Origin: Lytechinus pictus
Taxonomy: Eukaryota
DNA length: 64,000 nucleotides
Direction: 5' to 3'
Assembly (NCBI RefSeq): GCF_037042905.1
Contig: NC_087245.1
Location: 39,248,001 to 39,312,000, forward strand
Shown here piece after piece: positions 39,789 to 53,430 of this stretch (position 1 is the stretch's first letter; the number at the start of each line of letters is the position of its first letter). The notes under the pieces were generated by a model, which was given only the letters and a program-made list of their open reading frames with translations, was not told where the DNA came from and made no database searches. The position numbers and the translations under genes were made by a program.

Positions 39789-40100
39789 GGGCCCGTTTCA
39801 TAAAGGACCTGCGACTGTTGTCACTTTGTTATTATGGCGACTACCATGGTAACCTTGATTCTGATTAGCTGCTGAGCCCTGTTACCATGATAGTTGCTAT
39901 TATGGCAAAGTTACAACAGTTGCAGGTCCTTTATGAAACAGGTCCCAGGTCCCCGTTTCATAAAACGTGTTATAATAACAAATGTGCAATAAGTGTTAAA
40001 AGCTACTGAAATCCTTCAATCTGATAGACTGTTATATCTCTTATAAATATTTTGCATATCTTTATGAAACGGAATCCTGGAGTCGGTTTCATCAGAGTTT
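39789..40100. mobile_element. Head-to-tail chain of Harbinger-type MITEs sharing CWG junctions
   Basis: ctg|GGGCCCGTTTCATAAA...TTTATGAAACAGGTCC|cag|GTCCCCGTTTCATAAA...TTTATGAAACGGAATC|ctg|GAGTCGGTTTCATC. Confidence 0.8.
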
Positions 40101-40583
40101 TACTCACTTGCGTACCGGTGGAGGGAGGGTTGGTGGGCTCTGTCCCCAAAATTTCAACGACCAAGCCAATAATAATATCTGAATATGTTTTTCCTGTATA
40201 AAGATTTTTAAATAAATAAATAAATAAAATAATAAAAAAGAAAGGAAATGGAAAATAAATGGATTTTTGTTTTTGCTTTACCCCTGCTCATTAACCTCTA
40301 CGTCTTTCTCCTCATTCACTTACCCAGTATATTTTTTTAAAGCCTTTCTTTCGAAACAGAATACCCTGTGTTCAGTTTTATATGAAACAATGTCAGCTAT
40401 CAAGCCACATATTAAAATAATAAACGGTTGCCAGTTTGTAATGTGATATCATTTTGTTCATTATCGACGTTACGTGACATGTGACCAAGTAGTACTTGTA
40501 AACATTCCTTACAAGTTGTACTATTTATTGATAACACATTTTCCCATGTTCCTTTCTTTTTAACCTTCCCGCCATGATTTTAG

Positions 40584-40778
40584 TCAGGAAATTGAAACGA
40601 ATGCAGCTCACCGATCTAGTACGCAACTACCAACTCCCGCATAAGGTCAAACTTCCAAACGACCTCCGTCACAACGATATCGTCTTAAATCTCATCGGTA
40701 TCGATCTATTATCAGGGCCTATCGACTTGCAGCAACTAGAGGAAGAAGTATATCTTCAAGGAAATGCTGTAAACTTTG
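40584..40778 (+). CDS. CABIT-domain protein, coding exon 3
   Basis: 195 nt, phase 1/1, G|gtgagg donor; RKLKRMQLTDLVRNYQLPHKVKL... is the second 'L.dLv..y.LP..V' pseudo-repeat of the CABIT fold. Confidence 0.85.
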
Positions 40779-41101
40779 GTGAGGGATTAATTTTGCCCAA
40801 GAATTGTAGGTGACAAATGAGCGAACGTTTCGTTGTCACATGTTTCCAATGTTATCAAAGTACATTCATTATTGTCGACTGATGGTGTCGAATGATGGTC
40901 AGAAATGATGTCGACTAGATTTGTAGGTGACATAGATGACAGCATTTCATTATCACATTTTCCCATGTTAACAAAGTACATTCATTAAAATATCTCCTTG
41001 TGATTAAAATCCTTGAAATCGACACCGAACTAATGGTTTGATATTTGAGTCTTTCAAGTAATCCAATTAAAGTTCAGCCTTCTTTGTTGCCTTTCATTCA
41101 G

Positions 41102-41269
41102 GTGAGCTTGATACAACGGTACTCAACATCCCTGACCATTCCGATCTAGAGGTCTCGTTAGCCCTAGGACCACAGCCTGGTAGAGAATCACAGTTTAAGA
41201 AACTGCAGAATAAACTCGCTGACAAGGTCGCTAAAGATGTCCGGTTTGGAGGTGCCGTCGACGCTCAAG
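41102..41269 (+). CDS. CABIT-domain protein, coding exon 4
   Basis: ctttcattcAG acceptor, 168 nt, phase 1/1; ELDTTVLNIPDHSDLEVSLALG...DVRFGGAVDAQ (second 'IP....lEV' motif). Confidence 0.82.
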
Positions 41270-42349
41270 GTTTGACAAATTTATTGTAAAAAACAGACAG
41301 ACGTAGATGTTAGTAGTAATCTCTAACTTGTAATTGATATAGAGGAGTTAGAATAATTGCGATACATGAAAAAAGAACAAGTGCAATGTGATATTATATG
41401 TAGTAACAAAATATATTCATGAGTTATGACGACGAGTGATGATCAAAATGAGACGATAGATTTTGGAAGAGAGGCTGTCGATTATTAAAATCAAAATGTA
41501 GTTATTTTGACGAGCGCATGGAAATCACGATGAGAGAATATGACGAGTGGTTGTGACGAGTTACTGTGTTGAATGAGCATATCAAGGAATGATTATAACA
41601 TCATATGTTGATTAGTGGTGGTGTAGGAAATGAGAAATGGTAGGGAGATACATGATAATGTCGACGGCGATGGTGGTGGTGATGAGGATTCGGATGGTGA
41701 TGATGATGATGATGAACGAATGAATGAATGATGATGGGAAGAGACAATTCATGTGGAAGATGTCATATCGAATGATGGAAGCAATGCATATTGAATGTAT
41801 GTTGGCGAGCAAAAATATATTGTGTGATTTCGTCCAGTATTGGTGACGATGGTGCTGAACTAGGCATTGCTTGAGACTGACCAGTTCTAACAGGAGGCCG
41901 TTAATGGTATAGGGCCGAGTTGTGAATACATGGTATACCAACACAGTGATAGTGGTTAGAGTTATGTTGAATGTAAAATGATTTGATCAAGGCATGGTGA
42001 TGCTGCCAAATGAATATGATGTGTCAAAAGATAATGAATAGAGAGAGTGGCGATTATTTGAATTATTTGAATCTGAATAAGTTTTGTCGACGATATGTAA
42101 GCTTGTATAAGTTTGTCGGTTGATAGTGACGAGTTATGTCGAGTGTTTGATTATTGATCGAATCATGATGTCTGTTATCCTAGAATCAAATGAATGGAAA
42201 TGTTATATGCATTCTTCGTAACTGTGCATGCGATTGTTTGAAAAAAGGACAAGTGATGGGTGAGGGGGTCAATGTGTTTTTATTGTCTTTGTCAGGGGTT
42301 GTTAATTTCAGGCGCAGTAGCACTTTATTATACCGATAAATGATCGTGA

Positions 42350-43560
42350 CAATATGTGTCGAGTGATGTTTATGAATGGCGGTGACCAAATTGTATTGCA
42401 GAGAGGTGATGTTGAATAATGTTGCAAGTGATGTTAACGAGATGTAGTGTCGAGAGATAGTGACAAGTGTTGGCAAATTTTGGTGTCGAGTGATGGTGAC
42501 GACTGACGAGTGATGTTGACGAAATGTAGTGAAGAGTGATGACGATGATGAGTGATGATGAAGAGATGTGATGTCGAGAAAGGATTATGGTTGATTTTGT
42601 CAAGTGATGTTGACGAGATATTAGTTCAAGTGATCGTGCTGGATTGTGGTGAGAAGTGATGTTGACGAAATTGACGAGTGATGGTGCTAGGTTACGGTGT
42701 AAATGGTGGGATTGGTGATTTTGACGAGTGATGTTGACGAGATTTTGTGTTGAGTGATGGTGCTGGATGATAGTAACAAGTCCTTTTGACGACATTTAAT
42801 GTCGATTGATGGTGTGACGTGATTTTGACGAGATGTCGAGTCGAGTGATGGTAAAAAGTGATGTTGACGAGATGTGGTGGTGTCGAGTAACGGTGATAAT
42901 TGATTTTGACGAGATCGTTGTCAAGTGAAGGTGACTAGTCGTGCTGACCACATGTGCTGTCGATTGATGATGATATGTGTCGGTGACGAGTGATGTAGAC
43001 TATATGTGGTGTCGAGTGATGGTGCTGGATGATGTTGACGAGATTTGATGTCGACTAATGGTGATGGAAGATGGTGACACGAGACGATGACGGGATGTGG
43101 TGATGAGTGATGCTTACAAGAGAATTAGACGAAATGTTATGTCTACTGATGGTAATTGATGATAATGATGACAAGTGATGTTGCCGAGAAATTTTAAGTG
43201 ATAGTGCTGGGTGATGAGGACAAAAAGTGACTTCAACGGACGAGATGTGATTTATAAAAAATTATTAGTGAGGGTGATGGTGACAAGTGATTTGACGAGC
43301 TGTGCTTTCAAGTAACAAGTGACATTGATGAGATGTGATGTCGACTGGAGGTGACAGATGATAGTGACAAGTAATGTGGACGGGTAGGGGTGTCGTGTGA
43401 TGGTGACGAGTGATGTTGACGAGATATGGTGACAAGTGATGGGGATGAGTGATGTTGATGAGGTATGATGTCGATTAATTGTAATGGATGATGATGACGA
43501 CAACTGATTTTGACGAGATGTGATGACGAGTGATGTTGAAGAGATTTGATGTCGACTGAT
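42350..43560. repeat. Degenerate ~37-40 bp minisatellite (GACGAGTGATGTTGACGAGATGTGGTGTCGAGTGATGGT) in the last CABIT intron
   Basis: Recurring GTGATGTTGACGAGAT and TGTCGAGTGATGGT units. Confidence 0.8.
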
Positions 43561-43608
43561 GAAGATAAATGACTTTTAATACTATATTTTTGTTATTTTT
43601 TTATTTAG

Positions 43609-44111
43609 TGATTAAACGACTCATTCCGATCGGTGTCGAAGACGAGACGCGATCCAGGTCGGGCTCCACCCTCCGAGCTTCGAGATCTGTTCCCGACATC
43701 AGAAGTCGGGCCAACGACATCAGCGCCAACGGTCACGCACATGGCGTGGTATCAGGCAGATATCAAAAGCGAGACTCCACATACGGCAGGCCAAGTCTGT
43801 CTGCCTTAGAGAAACGCATGAAGGAAAATAATCCACCTCCCTTACCACCACCGTCACCGCTGTACAACAACGGCAACTCGTTCGAATTCAACAACGCCGC
43901 CTTCGATATGAATGACACGAGCGACTCGGACGAGCTCGAGAGCGAGGACACCGAGAGCGATGTACAACCCCCTGCTTGGACTGATATCAAGTTGGATGAT
44001 GACGATGACGACGACATAGCCCCACCGAAATCGCTCTTTGGAACAGTTTCTTCGTTTTCATTCAACAATCCTTCGACGTGGGGGTTCGGGAAGCAAAATG
44101 GCAAGGCATGA
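43609..44111 (+). CDS. CABIT-domain protein, last exon (disordered Ser/Arg-, Pro- and acidic-rich tail)
   Basis: tttttttatttAG acceptor, 503 nt in phase; five exons sum to 1152 nt = 383 aa + stop; contains PPPLPPPPSPLYNN and a D-rich tract. Confidence 0.85.
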
Positions 44112-44949
44112 TCTCCAATCAAATGGAACTCCTACAAATTTTGGAAACTTCGGTTTGGTTGAATGTTCTCCCTTCATCTCAATGCGTGCTTGATAACATC
44201 AGATATATTTATACTTCTTGCAAATGATACCCGACTCTTCATGATTATACCAATTTAAGAAGAGGCGATATAAATGTTATATAGATATCAGACATATATA
44301 ACGTTAGTCTGAAAAGTGAAAATTTGTACAAAATAAACACGAATGAACGAATGATCCTGAGTGAAGAGCATGTTTTTCAAATTAATGGAGTTGAGTTTTT
44401 ATTATTATTATTATTATTTTATTTATTTATTATTATAATTATTTTTTATTTATTATTATTTTTGGGGGGATTCTTAACTAATCATATAATTTAGGGACTT
44501 TGATCAACCAGCAAGTTTTCGATTTTGACATCAAGCCCTACTTTACATTTCAAAGCACGTCACCACCAAGCAGTCCACCGTTACTGTAGCATATAACGAA
44601 TTATTTCACAGAAACTTTAATGGTGCAAAGCATGAATTGGTGCAAACCCAGATTTTTAAGCCTTCTGATACGTTTGTTACGTCTATAAAGGGTATGCAGA
44701 TGTGAAAATCGAAGTTAAACTGTTCGATCCCAGGTAAACGACAGTGATCATAATCGGTCATTGTAAAATATCATACCATATAACGAAAGTAGAAACGAAA
44801 AGCTTCCATTCATTGCTTTCACTCTATAACCCAATGGCCGATACCATACAACGAAAGAAGACGAACTTTCCATTGGTTTCAAGAACTAAGGGTTTGAGAC
44901 GAGCGGATTCATGCATACCCTTGTCCTGTAAGATTTTGTAGAAATGGAT

Positions 44950-45554
44950 GATATATGCCAGATGGCTGAGCATGCAGGGAAATGCGGATTTCATTTCCAT
45001 TTATTTGAATGCAGGATATAAGAGCATTGTCGATTAAATGCCTTGCGCATGGGCATAGGTGCCGCGGCCGACCGGGATCGAACCACGGACTTTCCATGTA
45101 CAATCAGGCGCCTTAAGGCGACCGCACACCTTGCGATTGGTCTGCAACTCAATTTTGGAATAAAACGTAGTAGAATTTGATGCTAATATTGAGACTTGGA
45201 ATATCTTACTGTGTTAGGTTCGAAATCATCGTACTAATACCTATGTTTGAATCTGTGACTATGCTATCATCTTTCTCAGAACAAAAGCAAATTTAATATC
45301 TAGTCGTCATGACGTCATAGCAGTCGTACGATTGGCTACGATTTGAAACTGATTTGGCCTTCACTCCAAAATAAAGGCTTTCAATCTTTCAAAATGGTTA
45401 TATTAGTATTCTTTCAATTATTTTTAATCTCAAATAAAATGATATGTTCCATTCACATTTTCAGAAAAAGAGCAAAATGCGATTTGTTCCAAAATCGGAT
45501 CGCGAACAGTCGTAAGGTGTGCGGTGGCCTTTAGACCACTCGGTCACGGCACCT
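44950..45554 (-). mobile_element. tRNA-derived SINE interrupted by Harbinger MITE
   Basis: Halves rejoin as AGGCGCC-TTA-GACCAC, matching the intact copy at 37743-37927. Confidence 0.85.
45116..45530 (-). mobile_element. PIF/Harbinger-type MITE, copy 2, inserted in a SINE tRNA head
   Basis: TTA TSD on both sides; reverse complement of the 34812-35227 copy. Confidence 0.9.
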
Positions 45555-47254
45555 TGATATGATATCCGATATCCAAAAACCATGATTTCCAGACTTAAAT
45601 ATTTTTTTTAAACAATTACAAAGATAAACTACGTTCGAATATAATATATTATTAAATTGAAATTGGCCGATACTCTATCCTCTACTTGGGCCAAATCAAA
45701 ATATCATATAACAAAAAGAAGAGAAGAGAATAAGATATTTCTATGTTTGTGCTAGAAGTTAATTTTTATATCTATTCGGATGCACAATATTTGCTGAATC
45801 AAGTTTTGTGATTGTTTTAAAGGAAAGGTGCTAAAATGAATAGAAACTGATTTTAATACAATGCTCTAATAATAACTTTTACGTTTTCACGAAATTCTTT
45901 ATAGGATATGTAAACTATTTGCCATCAGTAGGTTTTGATGAAATAATGTATTCCTTTTTATCATTCTACTGTATGGATAAAACTTTGGTGTTTTATTCTG
46001 ATTTGTTAAATATTAGCTTCATCTATTGTTCATGTAATTTCATGTATCTGTTTATTACGATTGTAAAACATAAAAATAAAAAAAAATATTACAGTGATAC
46101 CAATAATATTTTGTATATTTCAAGAAACAATTATGTGCAGATTATAACAATTATATGGGTATTTGAAAAATTCTTATTTGATATATCATAAACATATTCC
46201 CTTATGATTTCTTTTTAATTCAGAATTGATGGTATTTTATACTTTATATTCAATTACAGTACATCATTTAAAGTATTTTGTAAACCTTTAGTTTATTTAA
46301 AAAATAAAGATGGATTGGGATAAAACAGTGATAATGATCAGACATTTGATTTATCCAGTTCATCTTTTTTATTTACTTAATATGTACCAATTTATTCATT
46401 TATGGACATATCTTTTTTTTTTAATAATGTTATTTCATTGTCGTTCAACAATACATATTTTGTTATTTCCTTGAAAATTTACTCTTTTAGATAAAAAGTA
46501 AATTCTTGCCGTGACGTTTTAACTCAATTTTTTTTCTGAAATAAGCCAAGTATGTCATAATTTGTATGTAATAACATTCTTTTTTAATTCATCCTTTACA
46601 GGTCTACATTAAATTCACAATGTCTTTCATTTAACATTGTGTTTTCTGTAAAGACGGATCTTTATATAGCGTTGACTTATTATGAAAAATTTTATATTGT
46701 TGTTTGTTTGTTTTGTGTTTCTTTGTGAACGTAAAGCATCATGGGGAAAACACCCCATTGCACTGCAGCCATGTATAATCGCTTCATATGATGTTGACTA
46801 TTACATAACGCTATATATATCCATATAACCGGTTTGTTTTACCTTTTTTCTCCGTCTTTGAATGTTTGATTTATCAACTGCGATTCTGAAAACCACGTAT
46901 AAACTATAAAAAAGAGAGAAAAAATCAATTTCATTACTTTTGCCATTAGTCTTTCTATCAGACGATATTCTTAATGTGGACCATCGCATTTTACATCTAT
47001 ACATTTGTTCGTCTGTAAAAGGACTTGCTGTATTTGTTTTCTGTACAAAATTGTCACTGTATGTATAATAACATTAAATCTGGAATTATATTTACAAATT
47101 GCTGCATCGTTACATGGATTCCATAACTGGATTTTGCAACAAAGAAAAGGGAATAACGTGTGGAAATAGGTAAGAACAGACGTGAAAACTGAAGGTTGCA
47201 AGAAGAAACGGGGAATGAGAAAAAGAAAAGCATTATGAAGATGCATTGATGATA

Positions 47255-48545
<1,291 letters not shown>

Positions 48546-51500
48546 TAGTACTTTCATCCAATGATATCTTGTTAATACCTTTGGTGATGATGTAAATGAT
48601 GATAAGAAATATTACAGTCGGAGCAATAATGCCGGTAGTTAAGTCCCTAAAAAAAAAATCTGATTCCCTCCTATTCATTATTCCTTTCTCCTTTCTGTAT
48701 CATATTACCATGAAAACCCTTCATTTTTCATCTCTCTACCCCCCTCTCTCTCACATACACACGCACGCACGCACACCCACACTCTACCCCCTCTCCCTTC
48801 TATCTTTCTCTTTCTCTCCCCCATTACAGTTTATCCTGTTCCTATTGCTTCCTTTTTCATTACCCCTTGCACCCCTCTCTCTCTCTTTCTCTTACACTCT
48901 CTTTCCCTATCTCCCACTCTCTCTCCACACACACGCACATACCCTCCCCTCTCTCCCCTCTTCAGTTCTCTCTCATTTTGCAGCTTGTCCTATTCCTATT
49001 TTTCAATTTTCCAGTACCCCTTGGCACCTTTATTTCTTTATCTCCCATTATCTCTCTCCCCCTCCGTCACTAACTCCCTATCTCCTCCGTCTTTCTGTTT
49101 GTCTGTTTCTCTCTCTCCCTCTTACTCTAGTCTCTTTCTTACTCCCTCTCTCACTCACTCGTCTCATTCCTGCGATCAATCGTTTCCCACGGCCTATCAA
49201 TGGATGGGTAGTCAACCTGAAATAACATAATCCAAGTCAGAATTGATATTGTTTGTTATTGGTCGTAGGATTCTGCATTAAAGGACCTAATTCCGAATAA
49301 TACAGACCACAAAATTGTATGCATAAAACTATTTTTCAAAGGGATACTGTTTTGTCAATTTACATAGTAAAATAGATGAAAAAGGGGGAAAAATGGTAAT
49401 GACCAGCTAGGCTACAATGACTTAAAATGGGATATTCTGTTCATGCAAGGAGGATGAGGAATTTTGTATGACTGCTTATCATGGAATCAATATTAAATAT
49501 CAGCTTGTTACTTTATTTACGTATTTTGATATTCATTATATTCATAGGGGGTTCAATAATGTTTAGCTTTATGTGCAGTGCAATGAAACGCAAGGGCGTT
49601 GCTACTCGATAGCATGGGCGGCTCCCTCATGACATTTTTTCAAACTATATAGGAAAAAGAAAGATAAATCGGAGGAAAAGAGGGAGACAGAAGGAAGAGA
49701 GAGAGAGAGAAAAAAAAAACCCTACCAACTGTTTGGCCTGATTCGTTAAAGTCTTTAGTACCCCCTGTTTAACTGATTTGCATTCACCCCCAACAGTAAA
49801 ATCAGAATGATTTTGACGTAAACTTAGGGCACATTATTTTCGTCTTGTGCTTTCATTGTTCAATACGAAACACGAATAACTTTTATTTATTTCAACCCTT
49901 ATTGTTTTCTTTTATACGATAACATTTGGTATAAGATGTTTTTCCATACGTTGGCCTACACACAAACTCACCATGCATTACTTCCTTGCATTTTCAAAGG
50001 CTTTACAAATAACCGTAGAATGAGAGAATCAAGCCTTCTTGGAACTTAGAGTCGGTACAAGCAATCATTCTCATTTTATCTTAATATCATTTTAACGGCC
50101 TAGTACAAGGCCATATCACCACCATCGATATAATTGAGAATACAAATACCAACGAAGACACGATCGTCTTTTATCATAATAATTATCAAAACCGAAAACA
50201 GAGTTGATGACTTTCAGTACTATACAAATGGTTTATTGTTAAACCGGGTGTAATGTGAATGAATTGTTAAGCAACTCAAAACGATTTCCGGTCAGCAGAT
50301 CCCCGGTAAGTGTATAGTAGCATCTGTAGCCATAACTCAAAGGATATGCTTGTTATGAAGTTAGAATAACTTATTCTTGTTCTTCTATTGATTTCCTCAA
50401 GTCTTGGGGGAACTGCGAGATCCAATGGATACGCAGAAAAGGTAATTTTGTTAGGAATGTAGAGAAAAGGATAACATTGCTTTGACGGGTCTTGAGAATG
50501 TTGATATTACCATGGGTGTATTGTCACTAATTCAGTTATTATCATCACTGTTTGAAAGATAATCAGTCAATCTTATGATTTCAACACAACCACGAAGTTA
50601 TTGCTGTACACATGCGTGACCGAATTATTTCTAAACACACCCTAAACGAGTTTTTCTCTGTGTGCAAAATAACCCCCGAAACAAGTTTTTTGCGGGCTTC
50701 ATTTACGTAATAAAAGATAAAAGACGTAATACCTGATTTTATTAAATACAATGATGATTACAAATTCAAGTTTTTGTTAGCGCCCAAAGAAACGGATATA
50801 ATTAAAATATTCATCATTGGAATACATAAGATGTATGATTTGCGATCCAAGTATATCAATAGCATGGCCTCAAATTAAAGCAATGACAAATATTTCACAA
50901 ATTTTATGATAATTTTGCAGTTGATGAATTAGAACGACGTATTAGTACATGATTATTATTGTTTTGATAAGAATAATTATGCCCTGTTAATTGACAGATA
51001 GTCGAGTGAAACAGTTTCTGACAGCACATAGTTTTTTCCTCCTGCATTTGATTTGTTTTGTTGTTTTTTCTTTTGTTTTCGTTTTGTTTAATTTGTGACT
51101 CTGCTTATTGTTAGAAATGTTAATTCATCATTGTAACTTAAGTTAGATAATTAAAAAAAAAATTTAATTTCATTTGATTGTAATCCTTTATGTTTGGATT
51201 TGAAATCAATAAAAATATACTTAAAACTTAAACTTTACGCATTTTGGCCCCTAAACAAGTTGTCGCCAGAATATAACCCCTAAACAATTTTTGTCTCGGG
51301 CCGGCCCGAACACTTCAGAAACGAGGAGAAAAAAGCCCCGGGGAAAAAGCTTGGGGGAAAAAACATACCCTAAACACAAAATAATTCATTTCAAATTTAT
51401 TCAAGGGGACTGAAGCAATTTTAATCAGCCTTGTTTTAGATTTCTTATCATCAAATGTCTGAATTGAAACAAGTATTCTGAGAATTTTATGTCCATGTTA

Positions 51501-52584
51501 ATAGAATTAGCCCAGTGTATGGCTTCTGCCCAATTTGGTTATATCCTACGGCGCCCGTGCAGTCTCGACGAACTTGTCCAACAAAATATTAAAGCAGTGT
51601 GCTAAACGTTGCTCAAACCCCTCATTCTTTACACCACAGATTCCCATTGAAACTTTGATTTACATTACAATAGGATCGAAGCGGGCTACTGAATAGCACT
51701 CCCACCTTTTCTATTCTTCTTCTCCTTTCGGGGGTTAGCGAGCAACCAAAAAGAATAGACGAGGGGTGTTGAGAGAGAAGGAGAGAGAGAGAAAGTAAAA
51801 TAACTCGAAGCTTTTCAGGTGAGCGAACACAGTTTGAGCACCCGATGTGTGCAAAACACACACATGTGTGTATGTGTCTAATGGTAATGGTAAGAAGTCG
51901 CAAAGGAGAGAGAGAGAAAGAGCGAGAGGACCAAATGCAGAAAAGGAAAGAAATGACGTTCAATGTATGCGCGCTGCAGTGGTGATACAAAACCAAATAT
52001 CATTGGCGTACGACGAAACTAACGCTAATTTGTTATGACGGACTGATATTTTAAAGGAAAAAGTCTTCAACTTGGCGTATTTACTGGAGTTTTAGGTCAC
52101 CATTTTTGATCTGTTGCTAGATGGGACCCACAGATGAAGGATGGAGTTAATTTGGATACTACATGAGCCGTAAAAACAAGGTTGTTTTCATTTACTTCTA
52201 AAACAGGTACGTCCTTAAGATCATTTTGATCATGTGACTTGCATGTCTGACGAAGACTTTTCCTCATTGACAGTCAAATGTATATGATTACATTGAATGC
52301 CATAAGATAATTGCAATGTAATGTATCTACATACACAACATAGAGCATTAGGCCTATCCGTGGATCATGGATCTTTGCTCGATATTTTGGAAGCACTTTT
52401 TGCCATGTATAAGCGCCTCTTCTCGACAAATCTCGTAGAAAATATGTCCTCGCATTAAGTGATTTAAGACAAGGAAACAAATAGAAACTTACAAGTAACA
52501 ATATGAAATTGCGTATAAGTTCTTTCTTGGAATGCAGAACATTCACATGTACTTATTCATTTTATTTTAAGTAGGTCTACGTAA

Positions 52585-52772
52585 TAAAGTCAACCATGGC
52601 TTAGTGGCCACCTGTCTCTGAAAACCTATCTCTAGTGGCCACCAAAATTGTCTCCAATTTTAAAGGATTATTTTATATAACCCGTCTATAAAGGCCATCT
52701 CTGTCCAAAGTGGTCAAATTTTCTGTTCCCTTAGGTGGACTAAGTCAAACCTGATAGATATGTTTGACTGTA
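52585..52772. mobile_element. Decayed Tc1/pogo-type MITE
   Basis: AAAGTCAACC...GTTTGACTG|ta termini with internal GTGGCCACC repeats. Confidence 0.5.
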
Positions 52773-52854
52773 TAACACCATCTTAAGTTAATTTTCATTA
52801 GCGATAGTATCATCCTTATACTTTTTATTAGTAGTTATATGGTGGTGAATTGAT

Positions 52855-53060
52855 TATGATGATGATAGTCAGAAATATTATTATTATTATTATTATCATC
52901 ATTATCATTATTATCATTATTTTTTTATAATTTTCATCATTATTTTTGTTATTATCATTATCATTGATATTATTATTATCATTTTCATCCTTATCATCAT
53001 AATCATCATCATCGTGATCATCATCATCATCATTATCATTACATGAATTACTCTTATCAT
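52855..53060. repeat. (ATT/ATC)n low-complexity tract
   Basis: Direct reading. Confidence 0.9.
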
Positions 53061-53283
53061 TACCAATAGTAGTAATACATAGAGAAGGCCTATTACTCAT
53101 AATTAGTAGTAGAGATTATCATGAACTTCAAGAGGATAGGCTGGTTATCAATATCGCCCTTAAACCCGTGAAAAATAAACACTGTTACCCTGACATCCTA
53201 AATTTACCGATTGCCTTTTGAGCATATCCTTAAGCAAGACTTTTATTTAAACGAGATGGTCGTGGGCTGCAAAACGAACGTGA

Positions 53284-53430
53284 AGGTGCCATGACAAAGT
53301 GGTCTAATGACGGCGCCTGACTACACACATGAATGTCCGGTGTTCGATTCCCAGGCACAGCAATTCATGTCCTAAAGCAATTCATTTTATCTACACGACT
53401 CTTTTTATCTTGAATCAAATAAAATAAAAA
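53284..53430 (+). mobile_element. tRNA-derived SINE, diverged copy
   Basis: AGGTGCCATGACAAAGTGGTCTAA...GTTCGATTCCC aligns with 37743-37927. Confidence 0.75.

Noticed and set aside
42370..42795. His/Ser/Thr-rich ORFs
   Set aside because: Translation of the intronic minisatellite
43763..44122. 119-aa minus-strand ORF
   Set aside because: Antisense shadow of the last CABIT exon
48596..49225. 209-aa hydrophobic ORF
   Set aside because: Arises from a CT-rich low-complexity tract depleted of stop codons
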